Origin: Lepidodermella squamata
Lineage: Eukaryota > Animalia > Gastrotricha
Length of the DNA stretch: 64,000 bases
NCBI GenBank assembly: GCA_047495785.1
Contig: JBLDXI010000026.1
Coordinates: 744,001-808,000, forward strand
Reading direction: 5' to 3'
A program made the position numbers and the translations under genes. The notes below the pieces were generated by a model that saw nothing but the letters and a program-made list of their open reading frames with translations, was not told the DNA's origin and did not search any database. Below, piece after piece: positions 37,991 through 51,240 of this stretch (the first letter of the stretch is position 1; every line of letters begins with the position of its first letter).

Positions 37991-40900
37991 GTCCACAATC
38001 ACCATTTGAAATTTCATTAATTTTTTTATAAGTATCACACACAAAAAAATCGATTTTTTTCATGCTAGCAAATATTCCACGAGCGCATGCTGGAAAAAGC
38101 GACGGCGCGGGTCCGTGGTAAATCTCAAAGACTTGTGTTTATTTTTAAACTTATAAACATAGACGCGAAAGCTGAGGGCCTGTCTAGGCTCGTGCACCAT
38201 TGAACGCGGACATGTGGCGCGTGTTTCACGGACACTTTTGGCTGATGATCAACTGATGATGTTATTCCAGTTTAAAGCTAGCAGACCCACGTGTCCTGGC
38301 AATACAGGACACACTGTCAGATAAACAACAATAGCGATGAGCGTTTTAAAGCCGCATTTTTTAGCTGAAAAATCATTTGATTGCTCTGCTATTCATATTA
38401 TTTCTCAGTCATTCAATCACTTACACTTAGAGCCGGTAATAAACCACTCGAACACATATTATGTAGTTGTTCGGGTAAAGACCTCCTATAAACCTCCTAT
38501 TTAGCCCGTCAAATTACCTTACGCGGACTAATTACCCATATTAAATTATTTTCGAGGAAATAACAAGAAATTTTGAAATGGCCAAGATTTTTGAGCGCAA
38601 CAACCATAACAGTATTTTTCATCCTACAAGCAAAATATGAAACGTTATTAGGGGACATTTAAAGGTTAAATAATTTTCGGCAATTTATCATATTTTATTC
38701 AAAATTTTATTTGAGCGCGTGCCATGACTTTTATTCGAGGTTCATGTCCACAGCATTACAGGAAAATGTTTGGTCATCGAATTGTTGAAAAATAACGCTC
38801 ATTACAGACATCTCTCCTTCTTTCCCTTCCACTTGAATTTTCTCTCTTATTTATTGAATTTTCCATCATCACCGTAGCAAACGTGAGGTTTGCTCCCATT
38901 TCAGGACATCAATCCAATACTGACTGATTCACGCAAAAATCATATTGAAAAGCGCCACTCGTAATATAACCGCGAAGATTGCTCTGCTTTGAATATTACG
39001 GTAAGAGACATCTGTCTATCCTAAGCCTTTTTTTACGTGGCTTCACGTGATTTTTTAGCGACCCATCATAGATCCATTTTGGACTTCTCGATAAATGTCT
39101 GACGATTTTAGCCTAATGATTTGTCTCGTTTCGTCCCGTGACTACTTTGTCTCCAGGTCGGAAATGATTTCCTACATCCTACACGCCTGCCCGTTCTGAG
39201 CAGAAAGCCGGTTCTTTTGATTTTTAGATTTCAGAAAATAATTACCTCTAGTCTACCATGTAATCGCCTCTTAATCATTTTTCTGCCGTTCTCGATTAAT
39301 TCGATACTTTGCTTTTTTCTGTCAAATTTGACCCAATTCTCAAAGACGAACATTGAAACTTTCAAGAAAATAAGCGTTCTCATTTTCCAGGTTATCTTAG
39401 AAAAGTCCCTAAATATTTGCAGGAAAATTTGTGATTTTTTCTAGTTCAAATTTCTTTGACTAAGCAAATGCTTATTTGAAAAACCGTTCATAACGCTATT
39501 GTCTACACAAGCTTTCTCTAAAAACGAGATAGTATTAGTAGAACTGTTTTTGTTTATTATATATACCTACATGAAAATAGCTGCACATCAAGTACTCATC
39601 ACGCCGAAGCAGCAGCCGGTTAATTATCGTGCTTGTGGGTATAATAAAACAACAAAAAGCTCATCATTCTCGTCACATTCTACTTGCGTACGTGCATATA
39701 CAGCGTCCTTGTAACCACCACTACCACTACAATATACGCCGTGCTATTATTTTTGTTATAATTCACCTTCATGGCTGTGTATGTGTTGGGTGTCCAGGCC
39801 GATGGTTAGACAGGTATAATACCGAGAACTACACCTAAAAAATTAAATTTATTTTATATTGATCTGGCTTTATTTTGACCTAGTTATTTTCCGAGGATTA
39901 TTACGAACGGCGCGCGTTCCGCTAATATGTCTGTAATATCGATGTCCCCTACACAACATCTTCTATTTATAGCCGCATTAATAATCTGCCGTCGAATCGC
40001 AGATTATAGCTTACATCTTACATACCTGATTTTCGTCGCGTTTTTCTAATCATATCTTTTCTAGAACGCTGTCAACGTCTGAGCTTGCTTTCGAATATTC
40101 TCATGGTCAACTTTTCCATTGATCAGTTGCCATTTTTATTAGAGTGTCTTTTTAATGATGTCATAATTCTCTTCGAAATACGAATTTAAAAGTCCTTGAT
40201 TTAACCCGTGCCTAGATTTGACATATTTTTTATAATTTGTGTTTAGTGGCATTGATTTTTTCACCTTTGATCTCTCCACGCGGTTCACGCTAAAGCTTCT
40301 GTCAATTTTTTCTTATTATTTTTCGACCAAGATCAATGTCGGTACATTTTCAATAGCTCAACACGTGCGTGGCTATTTTTTTAAGGTGGGCTTTTTGTAA
40401 TAAAATAACATGGCAATTAGCCGGCTGGTTTTCTTGTCTAAACTGACACAATTGCGGATGACCTCGTTTTGCTCCAAAATGGTCTTCGCTAATAATTAGT
40501 CCTCATAATGTGCGAGTTCGATTCGCAACAGACGCGATTTTCTATATAACGGACAAAAAGTGTCTAGGGCCTTAGTTCACGCGATTTGAATTATCTGGTC
40601 ACGATTTCATAATCCTAATCATGCGATCATCTCTCAAATGTCTGCGGTTTTTAGCAACTTGATATATCGAATGTCTATCTGCTTTTTGATGAAGTGGGAT
40701 GTAATGTCATCATTTGTGCACTTCATCCTCGGCTGCGATAGTCTAACTATAACCCGAGCACAGACTGTCTGTTCGCTCTCAATGACGTGCTTCCTTGCCG
40801 CGCAGGCGAGACGGCAGGTGAATCTCCCGTACGCTATTACCGAAAATAAAACGAATGAATAAGCTCGCGTTGTACGTGATTTCAATAGCATAGACCTTGT

Positions 40901-41150
40901 CCGTGAAAAATTCTAGCCCTTCGTCTGTCTCGCATGTATCGGCAATCGATAGAATAGGCGCGGGAAAACCGCTATAAAATGCACGGTGCTGTCTCTTTTT
41001 TTTCAAGTTATATTGAATTTTTTTTATTTATAGCCCCGCAGTGTAAACGCGCAAAATTCTTGGCAATAGCCAGCTGCTATACTCTCTTTATTTCTTTGTC
41101 TTGATAACTAGAATATTTATTCCTATATTTCAAACCTGTTGGCGGGAAAA

Positions 41151-43619
41151 ATGCCGAGAAGTTTTTCCAAGGAAGAGAAAGAAACACGCATAATGCATTG
41201 CAGGGTGAGTGAAAAAACATGTTATTAATATTTTCAAATTATCATGTTTTGCTTAACCTAGATTTGCGCCGCTATTGTGCCACGGCGTAAACGGTATCAC
41301 CCGAAAACCTGCGAGGCGTGCCAGAAGTTTTTCACGCGAAATTTTTCGCGCCGTTCTGAATTGTTGTGCTCGAGCGGCAAATTCAACTGCCCGGTCGATG
41401 TTGGCAATCGCCGATGCTGCCCGAAATGCCGCTTCGAAAAATGCGTCGCAATGGGAATGCATTGTAAGTATTAAAAAAATTAACAGAAATGCTTCGACTT
41501 TGAATTTTGAAAAAATGCTTTCAATATACTTCAAAATGTTCAACATTCAAAGTTCGAAAAATGTTGTTTTAAATCAATTTTTAACTGAAACCATAATTTA
41601 CAGATTTTTTTCCGAATTTGGACAATGTTGAAAAATATTCGAAGAATTTTTCTTAATTTATTAAACAATTGGTCAACATTTTGAAAAATTGTTTTAAATG
41701 ATTTTTAACATTTTCTCCAGCCAAGCAGCAGATTGCTCGGAGCGATGATTCGAAATTGTTGAAAGACGAGCCAAGATCGAGCGATTCAAACTCGTCAAGC
41801 TCTGCCACTGAAGATGCGCCAATGTTGGCGAAAGCGCCGGCGAAACACGTCGAAGATTACGATTCGATGCCTACTGCTATTCACAGCACCCAAACACCCC
41901 CGGCTAGAGTGTCTAGCGATGCTCCGATTTTCGTCAATGTTCCCCTCATGTTCGATGCTGCAACGCTCGATAACGCTGTTCGAAATTCATTCAACGCTTT
42001 CACAATTCTCAACGGCTTGGAAATGGTTAGCAGATTTAATTTAAATTTTAAATTAAATTTGTTGTAACAGCTGTTGCTCAAATTTTCCATTTTTTTTTAA
42101 TTTTTTCAACATAAAAAATAACGTGGTACCTTTTTCATGCTCTCAACTTTTATCCATCCTCGTGTAATTAAATCTAAAAAAGTGTGTAATTATGTTCTCG
42201 ACAAAAATTGTCCGCGAGCGCAGGCGTCGCGCTTCGGTGTCTGATGTCTATGCACGACATTAGTTGCGCGTCTGGGACAAAATTTGCAATTTCGCACTTG
42301 TATCTCGAGTGTCGGTTGCTACTTATTTCAATGTCTGCTGATGATTGATTTTTTTTGTCTAGCTCTCGCTGCCGAGCAGCAAAGCGAGTGATCACGCGGC
42401 TATCAAACAAGTTCACGACAGTCTCGAGGTTGGCATAGCCTACGCCACACATTTCGGGGGTGAGTACAAAAAATCAAGAAACAATGAGTCGAATTAAATT
42501 GTCGAATACGACAGATATTTTCAAGTTAACCCTCGATGAGACGAATACTATGCTGATGAAAAGCTGGCAGGCGATTAGTGCCGCTTATGCCTGTCTACCC
42601 GGTAATGCGTTGTCGAAGTTTGGCTCAGACAAAAATCTGCTGACAACCTGCATGCATCTCAATCCAGAACTTCGAGTTTGTATAATTAACAGACAAAATA
42701 TTTATTTTTAATTTCAATTTTTTCTCTAGAACTCAATCAGCTCTGCCTCTGAATTGTCTGCGCTTTTCGAAGCCTGGAACCCGTCCCTTGTCGAACTATC
42801 ACTATTTTTCAGTCTTCTCTTATTTAATGGTAAGAGACATTGTACTTTCGTTATATTATCGCTAATATTATTATTTATTACGCCGTTTTTTTTGTCTTTT
42901 TGTAACGTGGCTGTGCTGACGTATATGGGGTGCAAATTAATTGAAAAAACATTCACCTTACGTGTTTTTCTTTCGTTAAAATAATTTGGGACATGTGGAA
43001 ATAATGAGGTGGGGAAATTTCATAATTATTGCATTTTTCGTGCACCGAGCGTACGGGAAAATTAGGAGAGTGAGTAAAAATCCATAATGAATCAATAAGC
43101 GACCAAAACGGGGGCTACAACGATGGGGAAATTCATGTTTTTGACGATTAAGAATTTTCAGAAAAATTTCGAAGCTGATTTTCGATTTTTTAATTTCACC
43201 TGTTGTTGCATAATTTTGCATAATTAACGGGAAATTAATTTTTTTAATTTGAGTTTTTACCTAATTTTTGTACAGCTATTTCTATGCTGTCCAAAATTAT
43301 CTTACGATTTTTCCGATTTTTTTGCAATTTTTTGCAATTTTATTCATTAATTGATTTTTTCTCTTAATTAGCTGAATCTGTGCACGGAAACGAGCGGCTG
43401 AGTCTGTTGAGGCACCTGTTTCTAACCGCGTACAGTTTTTGTTCCTCCGACGAGTCTAAACGACCAGCCGTTGAATCGTGGCGCATGCTCATGCTGTGTC
43501 TGGACCTTTCTTTCAAAATCGTCGAAGCTCAACGCAAAGCTGAGCCGCATCTCATCGCTTCAATGCTTGCGAACAACAACGGCAACACCGGTTTCGTCGC
43601 GAGTTCAAAAGTAAATTAA
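41151..43619 (+). CDS. Divergent nuclear hormone receptor (NR-d), 7 exons
   Basis: MPRSFSKEEKETRIMHCR|ICAAIVPRRKRYHPKTCEACQKFFTR...CSSGKFNC...CPKCRFEKCVAMGMH|...FTILNGLEM|...CLPGNA...HLNPELR|...WNPSLVELSLFF|...VASSKVN*. Confidence 0.87.
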
Positions 43620-44218
43620 AAAAAAATATAACAAATAAACAACATTATACGTACCGGTTATTCATCCGAAAGTGGCTAACTTCTCAAACGTCCTGGAAAA
43701 AGCTGTTGTGAAAATGAGATATTTTTCTGAAATTTAATGTATAAAATGTGCTGATTGTTTCTTGTCGCTCAAAATATACGATGGCCGAATATGAAAAAAT
43801 GAATTTTTGTTCTTTAAATGTCACGAAATATTTTTTCTGAAGTTCGTGTAATATCGATTAATATTATCATTAATTATTATTATTATTGTAATGTTTTGAG
43901 CTAAAAAATCCCAAGTTGAGAATAAAATTCACTTGTTTTTGAACTTGCTGTCCGTTTGATCTAATTCGACAATCTGATTAAGGATTATAGCCTATGATAC
44001 AGGAAATTTTGTCGCAAATAAGTCCACGTATATGTCTCGAACGGAACCACGAGGCTGCTTATAGTCTAAATCTGTCAATTTATAGGTCCAAGCCAAACCT
44101 CAGGTGACATTGATATATGAAACCCGGAAATTACCGAAGGTCAAAAAGTGCGTTTTGCGTTTATTTGATTGCTCACTATTTTTCGCAGAATTTTAGTACA
44201 TCGTGTTTAGTGATCATA

Positions 44219-44519
44219 TTACACAGCCGTTTCGCCTCGCATTGCAGGCAGGTAAGGACGGACTTCTTTCACCTCATCCGGCGATTCGTCATTGCAATCG
44301 ACAGCAAACGTCTGTGTGTTCGGGTCCAATTCTTTCATATCATTCGAACTGAGAAATAAATGACTAAAAATAACACGAAATTCGCTAATAAAACACGAAT
44401 TACTTTATTCCAACATCGAAGTAGTCGTAGTCATCGGCGTTTGCTATCGGATCTCCAGCGGCAAAATTGATCAAAGTCAGAAAAAGCATGAAAAAATTGA
44501 GAGCAACAAAGAAACGCAT
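44219..44519 (-). CDS. Small acidic secreted protein or prepropeptide
   Basis: MRFFVALNFFMLFLTLINFAAG-DPIANADDYDYFDVGI|NSNDMKELD...RPYLPAMRGETAV*; phase-2 intron. Confidence 0.62.
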
Positions 44520-44729
44520 ATTTGCGTTTTCCAAAAATAGCGAAAAAATCGGAAATGATTGTTATTGAGATATTTTCATCCTTCCACCCTTTGCATGACC
44601 CAGAATTGTCTCGCCAACTAGTAATTAGCTCGCATATGTTTTTGCTAATTTAGGCTTGCGTGTCTTTTTTGCGACACCACGATGCACGTGATTTTCATAA
44701 TTTTTTATTTAAAAATATTTAAAAATAAA

Positions 44730-45082
44730 ATGAAGACCGGTTTAGTCCTTCTCGCCGTAGTTTTTGTGGCTCAGTTAGGCCTGATTGAATGCATTTTGAT
44801 GGGCTTTCACCGTTCATGGCCGTTCCAACTCGACGATGAAAACCAGCCGTACTTATACCGCCGGCTTTAGTAAGCAAAAATAATCAGGATTTTTTTGTTA
44901 ATTTTGTAATAATTTCCAGCAAAAGATCTCTGGTGTGGAGTAAGGCCGAGCGAACTGCTTTGATGCGATATTTTCGCGACAAAATGCGCGAAAAATCGGC
45001 GATCAGTCGAAAATCGGTTGAAAAGCGCCGGCCGAAAAACAGGAATCCTAATCGATATCGAGTCTCGCGCGTGCTAGGCTGA
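44730..45082 (+). CDS. Prepropeptide with several dibasic sites and C-terminal Gly (RPKNRNPNRYRVSRVL-amide)
   Basis: MKTGLVLLAVVFVAQLGLIEC-ILMGFHRSWPFQLDDENQPYLYRRLY|KR-SLVWSKAERTALMRYFRDKMREKSAISRKSVE-KR-RPKNRNPNRYRVSRVLG*. Confidence 0.83.
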
Positions 45083-45382
45083 ACGGACAACAATTCGAAT
45101 TCTTTGCCATATTGCGATGTCCACACGATTAATTTTTTCGCCATTAAATAAATTAAATATTTCCACGCCAAATTATTCACCGGTCATTTTATGTGAAAAA
45201 CGAAATCCTTGAAGCAATTTAATTAATCAGCTTAATATTGGCAGACCTCCTTATCGAAATTTGATGCCTAGTTTATTAATTTTCACCCACGAAAGAACAT
45301 TCCATGCGAGCCGTTAGGAACTATATAAATCAGCGAAAATTCGCCAGTAAAAATCGACATGATTCAAACATCGTGCTGGAAC

Positions 45383-45697
45383 ATGAAATTCACTACTGTC
45401 ATATTCTTGATTTTTGCAATTTTATTAGCCGAAATTTCCGCATCACCTCTCAGATTCGGCCCGGCTTTCGACATACCGCCAAGTCGAAAGAAGGCGGCAA
45501 TGTCATCTGTCGAACCGATTTACAACGATGGGTCAAGCCGGTATTGGTCTCTATTCAAATCATATGGCCGTTCTAATAAGCCGAAATCGATTGCAGAACC
45601 ATCGATCGAATCGATTAGTCCTCTCGTTGAATCAAAACAGCCAGTAGGCTTGAAACTTCGGTTGGATTTCAATCGCATGGGCTCATGGCCAGTTTAG
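45383..45697 (+). CDS. Intronless small secreted protein or prepropeptide (possible YWSLFKSY-amide)
   Basis: MKFTTVIFLIFAILLAEISA signal; RKK site; R-YWSLFKSY-G-R; TATA-like TATATAAA upstream and AATAAA downstream. Confidence 0.75.
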   Translation: MKFTTVIFLIFAILLAEISASPLRFGPAFDIPPSRKKAAMSSVEPIYNDGSSRYWSLFKSYGRSNKPKSIAEPSIESISPLVESKQPVGLKLRLDFNRMGSWPV

Positions 45698-46887
45698 CCT
45701 GGTAGTGATTTTAAGTGTCACGAAAATTCATGGAAAATAAAGTTTAATTTTTTAATTACTATGACCTTATAGCATACTGAAAATAATTCATAATTTTTTT
45801 ATGATAATTGATTTGCATTATTCTCAGAAATTTCTGACGATTTTATAATTATTTAAAACTCGATCAATTCGGCTTGCAGTAAATTGAATCACGAACTTCC
45901 GCAGCATCATTGAAGTCCTTTACCTGACCCTAATTGAGAGACATTTAAGACGTGCTCGGAGTCACCCCAACGTATAGTTCATTTTCTATTTTCAGATCAG
46001 TCGTGTTAAACTTTGTCGAAAAAACCACCCATTTCCAGCCAAATTGTTAGTTCTCTGATAGCATTGGTACATTGCCCTAATTTTTTTGAAGACGATAAAA
46101 ATTATTGCGTATTATATTGCATAGCACCCATCACCCAGTTTCTCTTGCGCGACAAATTATGCATAAGGGTGACATTCAATAAGAAGCCTGAGACCACGTT
46201 TTCGGCCGATCTTTCGGACAGAATCGATCAAACTCGCATTGTTAGTGAAAGCAAAACTTAAACAGACAATTTTATTGTCTAAGCGACTAAAATTCTCGAT
46301 CAATGAACGTCTGCCATTGATCCTCAAGATGGCTTCCTGCGCGGACATTTTTGAACAATAATGGTTTATTTGCAATTTTGTCCGATTTTTCAAAGATTTC
46401 TTCCACGCCTTTTATCATGGGAGCGAAGAGAAATTAAATTCCTAGTCCAACTCACATGATCGCTGTGCACCGCAGTTCATATGGGACATGTCCGAAAATT
46501 AAGAATAGCCTCATGTACGGTGTAAAACAGAGTTAAAATTCGAAAAAATCGTACACGAATGTGGGTATCCACGGACTGCGCTGGACTTTGAACGCAAGCG
46601 GACGTTTAAATAACGGACTATAATTATAATCAATAGTGTTCGTCTTTCGCTCTTTTTGCGATAAATAGGCGATAAAAGTCATTATAATATTCATAGATAT
46701 GTAAGAGTGACACGCGTGCCGAGATGATTCATCTCGATTTTTTATATTATGAATGCGCGACGGAAAAATCACTTGATTAAGAGTAATAATCTGTGCACGG
46801 CAAAACGTGCGCCGTAATCAACCGGAAATGGATGCCTATATTATCTAAAATAAGAAAAATTGAGAGATGAGCCGTTCATTGTTGAGT

Positions 46888-47127
46888 ATGAAAATGAATG
46901 CAATTTTCTTCTTCACTATTCTATTGTATTTTGCGCAGATTGGTAGCGTACGCTATTTTCCCTATTTTGGCCTATTTTCGAAGGTAAATTTTCAAATGAG
47001 CTTTACGATTTCTTTCTATCCTTAAATGAAGCAATTGGCTCGGATTTCCTGTAAAAAAGGGAGTATTAAAATAAATCAATTCGAAAATTCCGAAAATTCT
47101 TTCGGGATATTACCCCAGTCGGCATGA
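46888..47127 (+). CDS. Possible small secreted peptide gene (2 exons; exon-2 frame uncertain)
   Basis: MKMNAIFFFTILLYFAQIGS signal-like sequence followed by an AAG|GTAAAT donor. Confidence 0.4.
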
Positions 47128-47270
47128 GCAAACAGGATATCTTTTTTCCTTTCATTAAATTTCTTTTATTGGGTGCGATGTTCGTGAACTCAATAATTGC
47201 GGAATCAATTATGCGGAAAGAAAGTTCCCTTCCTGCTGCGGTTATTAGTCATCGAGTTGCGGGAGGCTAA
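47124..47270 (+). CDS. Possible small secreted peptide ORF ending in Gly
   Basis: MSKQDIFFPFIKFLLLGAMFVNSIIA-ESIM-RK-ESSLPAAVISHRVAGG*, followed by AATAAA. Confidence 0.4.
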   Translation: MSKQDIFFPFIKFLLLGAMFVNSIIAESIMRKESSLPAAVISHRVAGG

Positions 47271-47477
47271 ATAAATTAATGTAAATTGTTGTAGAATTGT
47301 TTCGATAATATCAATACTAGCAGTCATTTATATTCAGGTTCTCGATATTCATCGCATTTTTAGGTAAATCCCAAGAGATGCGTTTCATTGATTGGGACAA
47401 GGTAAAAGCTAAACCACAAATGTTTTCATTTACCTATTTTAGATTTTAGAGGGATATATAAATTTAAATTAATCAAT

Positions 47478-47823
47478 ATGTTGATTGCAGCAGTGGTTTG
47501 TTTTTCGTTAATTTCGGTGCAAATTGCTGACGCTGTAGCCGACGTTCCATTATCAAGGTAAGAAGCAGTTATTTTTACGAATTTATCATTTTTTTTAAAT
47601 TACACCGATTTTAAGAGGTTCGTATAGGTCCACATCAGCAGGTTCTTCAAATCGATTTGCTAATAGCGATGACGATGACGTTGCGGTGTCAGCTTGGCGG
47701 GAGATGATTCGGGATTCTTTGAAGAAAAACCAATTCGCTAAATCACGACAGGCTATTCGCCCAACACCGAGGCGAAATCCGATCAGAACCCTGAGCTGTA
47801 TGACAGATAACGCTGGGAATTGA
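47478..47823 (+). CDS. Small secreted prepropeptide
   Basis: MLIAAVVCFSLISVQIADA-VADVPLS|RGSYRST...SDDDDVAVSAWREMIRDSL-KK-NQFAKSRQAIRPTP-RR-NPIRTLSCMTDNAGN*; phase-2 intron. Confidence 0.72.
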
Positions 47824-48656
47824 ATTTTTTAATAAAAGATAATAATTTCTTATTTCGCAATATGGACTCTTTTCAAACATTATTCTCCTCGACATTGGTT
47901 GGTAAAAACACCGTCCAAGAAGTAAAAGGTTAAAGACGACCCTGAATAGTTTTTTTTCGCGGCGGTAATTTTTGTTGGAAAGAAAGGCAATAGAAAAAGA
48001 GCGCATCGAATTCAGACCGATATTTATTTTCATTATCGTTTGCAGATTTTTTTTCTAGGAAAGAGTTGGTCATTTGGGGTAGCAATAAAATTCAAATTTG
48101 TTTTTAAATATTTCTCCTTATTAAATATTTCTCCTTAATTTGTTATAGAATATTACCTCGCATATTACCTCGCGAACTTTGACCCCAATTTTAATATTAA
48201 CACCGGATTGTGCAAAATTAGTCCAATCATAACACAATAATACTTATAATAATAAAACGATAATATGTTTACCCATAATTATGTTCGAATATTTAGTTTC
48301 TCTAAGTGCATCTATTGTGGAAATGTGCGTTTTAAAATTCATTCACCTTGCAAATCGAAGCCAAGCAATCACGTTATTGTCCGTGATAAGTATGAATTAT
48401 CAACTTCATTTGATACGAGTTTTTTATTGATTCCTGTTACGAGATTTTATTGACGTCACCTCATCGATTTACGGGTAATGGCGACTATGAAGGCCGAAAA
48501 ACAGCCGAGGCAATCGAGAAAAAAAGCCGGTAGCGAGGCGGACCGCGCGGACCCGGAAGTATTTAGCAATAAATTACCGTTAATCAATTCGTAACAAAAA
48601 ATAACTATAAAGTCTCAGGTTTATTGAAACTGAAAACTCAAATAAACAGCCTTAAA

Positions 48657-49106
48657 ATGAAGGGCTTGAATTTGGTATTATGTATCTTCGCGCTCGCCGG
48701 CTATCTTTTCCTCGAAGTTATGGGTCGAATATCGGTGGAAAATCGGTAAATTCCGATACATTTTTTTCGAGGGATTTTTTTTATTATTATCATGATTTAT
48801 AGATTTGATACGGTCATCAAGCGTCGCGGAATTTCCGCCAAAATTGGTCGCGGTTCTAAAACTAACGAATGGCGCGTTATCCCCGCAGGCGGATCTGAAT
48901 CGGTTGAGGTCAAAATGAAGTTCGTCGATGTCAAAAGCCGCCTTATGAGAGCCGGAAACCGTGTCCCGAACCCTAAACAGACGGCTTACGTGCTATTCAC
49001 CCCTATTCCATCGACGTCGACGCCCAGGTCAAGAGTAGTACTGCCAGGCCGGACTTTCAGATTTGGCGATAAGAACAAGAGTAAAAAGCAATCTGGATAT
49101 TATTGA
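48657..49106 (+). CDS. Secreted cationic prepropeptide (KRR followed by ~90-aa basic mature part)
   Basis: MKGLNLVLCIFALAGYLFLEVMG-RISVEN|RFDTVIKRR-GISAKIGRGSKTNEWRVIPAGG...KKQSGYY*; TATA-like site at ~48606. Confidence 0.78.
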
Positions 49107-51141
49107 TAGCGTGGACAATTCGTGTATTTAGCTATATTATTTGATACTATCGATTAAACTTATTGAAATAAATTGACATTTATGAGGTATTTAGTAACCT
49201 GTTTATTCGAAGGTTAAACCTCGGCCTTAGCTCACCGGAAAAAAATCAAACTAATTGAGGTGGGATTTTTGCATGTGAACTCCTCTCAATTACGTATCCT
49301 TCCGAGAGGTTTTGAGTCCCACTGCTCGGTGCACAGCGAGCATGTGAGGATTTTTCCCGAGGAATTCAATTTCCCTCCGCTCCCGTGTCGAATAGCCCAA
49401 GTTCAAATTCAATTGTTCAAAAATTGCACGTAAGCTATTTTGAAGATCAATGACAGACGTTAATAGATCGAAAGTTTCAGTCGCTTGGACAATAAAATTG
49501 TCTGCTCTTGTTTTATTTTCCCTCGAGGTTGATCGATTCTGTCCTATAAAGATCGAACGAAAACTCGGTCTATTGAATGTCACCCTTGTGCATAATGTCT
49601 CGCATGAGGAACTGGGTGAGTGCAATATTAGGATATATTAGTGAAATGTACCGATTCGTTCAGCTTGGAAAAGAGTGAAGTTTCTATAAATAAGCGGTTT
49701 TTCAGACGAACCCCCTTAGGATTCCAAGAATCGCCCCTTTTCAAGTCAACACAGTTCATGCCATTAGCTGCAAAATGCAGAAATAAAAGGGAAACACGAC
49801 TTCTCATTTGTTCAATTCGGAAAATTCCGCCTTAATTTTTTTTTAAATCAATGCGTTATTTTATTGCGATTTGTGCGACGGTTTTATTTGGTTTTTAAAA
49901 TCTGTCGCCGAGAAATCGACCACGCCATCGACCTCTTCCTCAGTAGGCCATCGTCTAGTCAGCGCGGGGTAATAAAACGCGGCACAGGTCATCGCCGAAT
50001 AGGCCAGCATTCCAACGGCTAACGCAATCAGCTGATAATCAAACGCTGACCTATCAATAGCCAGCACGAGGATGGTTGTCGCAATAAAAATTATTGTTGC
50101 GCTAATGACAGCAATCCGCGTGAGGTAGCACTCGTAATTAATGAAAGTGGAAATCGCCAATTTGTTGCGTACCTCGTAAGCCGAGAAACATGACATGAAA
50201 AGGAGAAAAGCGTTAGCAGCGCCGATTGCGCCGATCCATTTCAGCTGATTATCAGAAGCGCAGTAACTTGTTTTGTACGCAAAATAACCTTCCATAGCTT
50301 CAGATGAAAATGTTGCCGATAAATTGGAAATCACGCTGAAAGGATCGGTAATCAACCAGATTGATACGAGTGTCGCAATTGCTAGTGGGAAAGCTAGCGA
50401 AAAAATGTGCATAAAAGGTCGGTAACGAGCCAGTTTTTCAGAAATAGCTAATTCGATTGCAATCAAATTGATAACTGTTCGATTTGCCAGGTAGCGCTTA
50501 GCTATGGCTTTCGACATGTGATGAAGGGCGGTTATTCTCGACAACAACACGCCGTTGCATGCAGAAATTCCGATGGCGAGAAAAATCGGCTGAATTATGC
50601 ATAATTTATGTCGGAATATTGACGCCTCCAGGGCGAAGACAACTGCGCCGATATTTAGCGTGAAGTACCCGAAAAAAGCCGTCAAATTAGTTGGTACGTC
50701 GAAAAAATACAAGAAATTCACTAAATCGCTATTTGCAAATGTGTTAAGCGCCGTGAAAATTTGAATTCCAGTCACCAAAACTGCGATTGCGATAACAATG
50801 GCGACGAAAAGAAGTGGAAAGCGTTTCTCGATCACAGTAATTTCTGTCAAATCTTAGGGTGGGTGGCCTGATTTTGTGAACCAAACAGCGCCTTCTGATT
50901 TGACTAGGTTATAGGTCGTAGTGTTCAGGACGGTTCGGTAGTCGGAAGATTTTCGCTCGACTTTGTAGGCGTATCGAACGGTGCCATTCAACCACTGAAT
51001 TATCCACATTTCCTCACTGTCAAGTTCGAGACGTTCGGAATATTTAAGATGGCCGATACGAAGGCCTAACATTAAAAAAGTGTAAATAAAAATTTAGAAA
51101 ATTTGAAAAATTTGAAAACTTAGTTCAAAAATTAAAATTTA

Positions 51142-51240
51142 TAATTTAAAATTCGATTTAAAATTTAAAATTCGATTTAAAATTTAAAATTCGATTTAAA
51201 ATTTAAAATTCGATTTAAAATTTAAAATTCGATTAAAAAT
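51142..51240. repeat. 19-bp minisatellite (AAATTTAAAATTCGATTTA) x5, intronic
   Basis: Directly visible in the sequence. Confidence 0.92.

Noticed and set aside
38050-41010. Exon-like fragments on the minus strand upstream of NR-d
   Set aside because: Some splice-like signals exist, but every frame tried hits stops and no coherent protein or family emerged; at most a decayed gene.
44920-45000. NPY/NPF-like look of ALMRYF in the 44730 precursor
   Set aside because: No RxRF/Y-amide terminus and no PP-fold prolines; resemblance is superficial.
49450-49641. LSALVLFSLEVDRF resembling a GPCR TM3 DRY region
   Set aside because: Isolated motif with no flanking helices or exon structure.
50854-50856. 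Alternative genetic code (TAA read as sense) as explanation for the GPCR stop
   Set aside because: Many intact genes in the window end in TAA, so a genome-wide reassignment is not supported.
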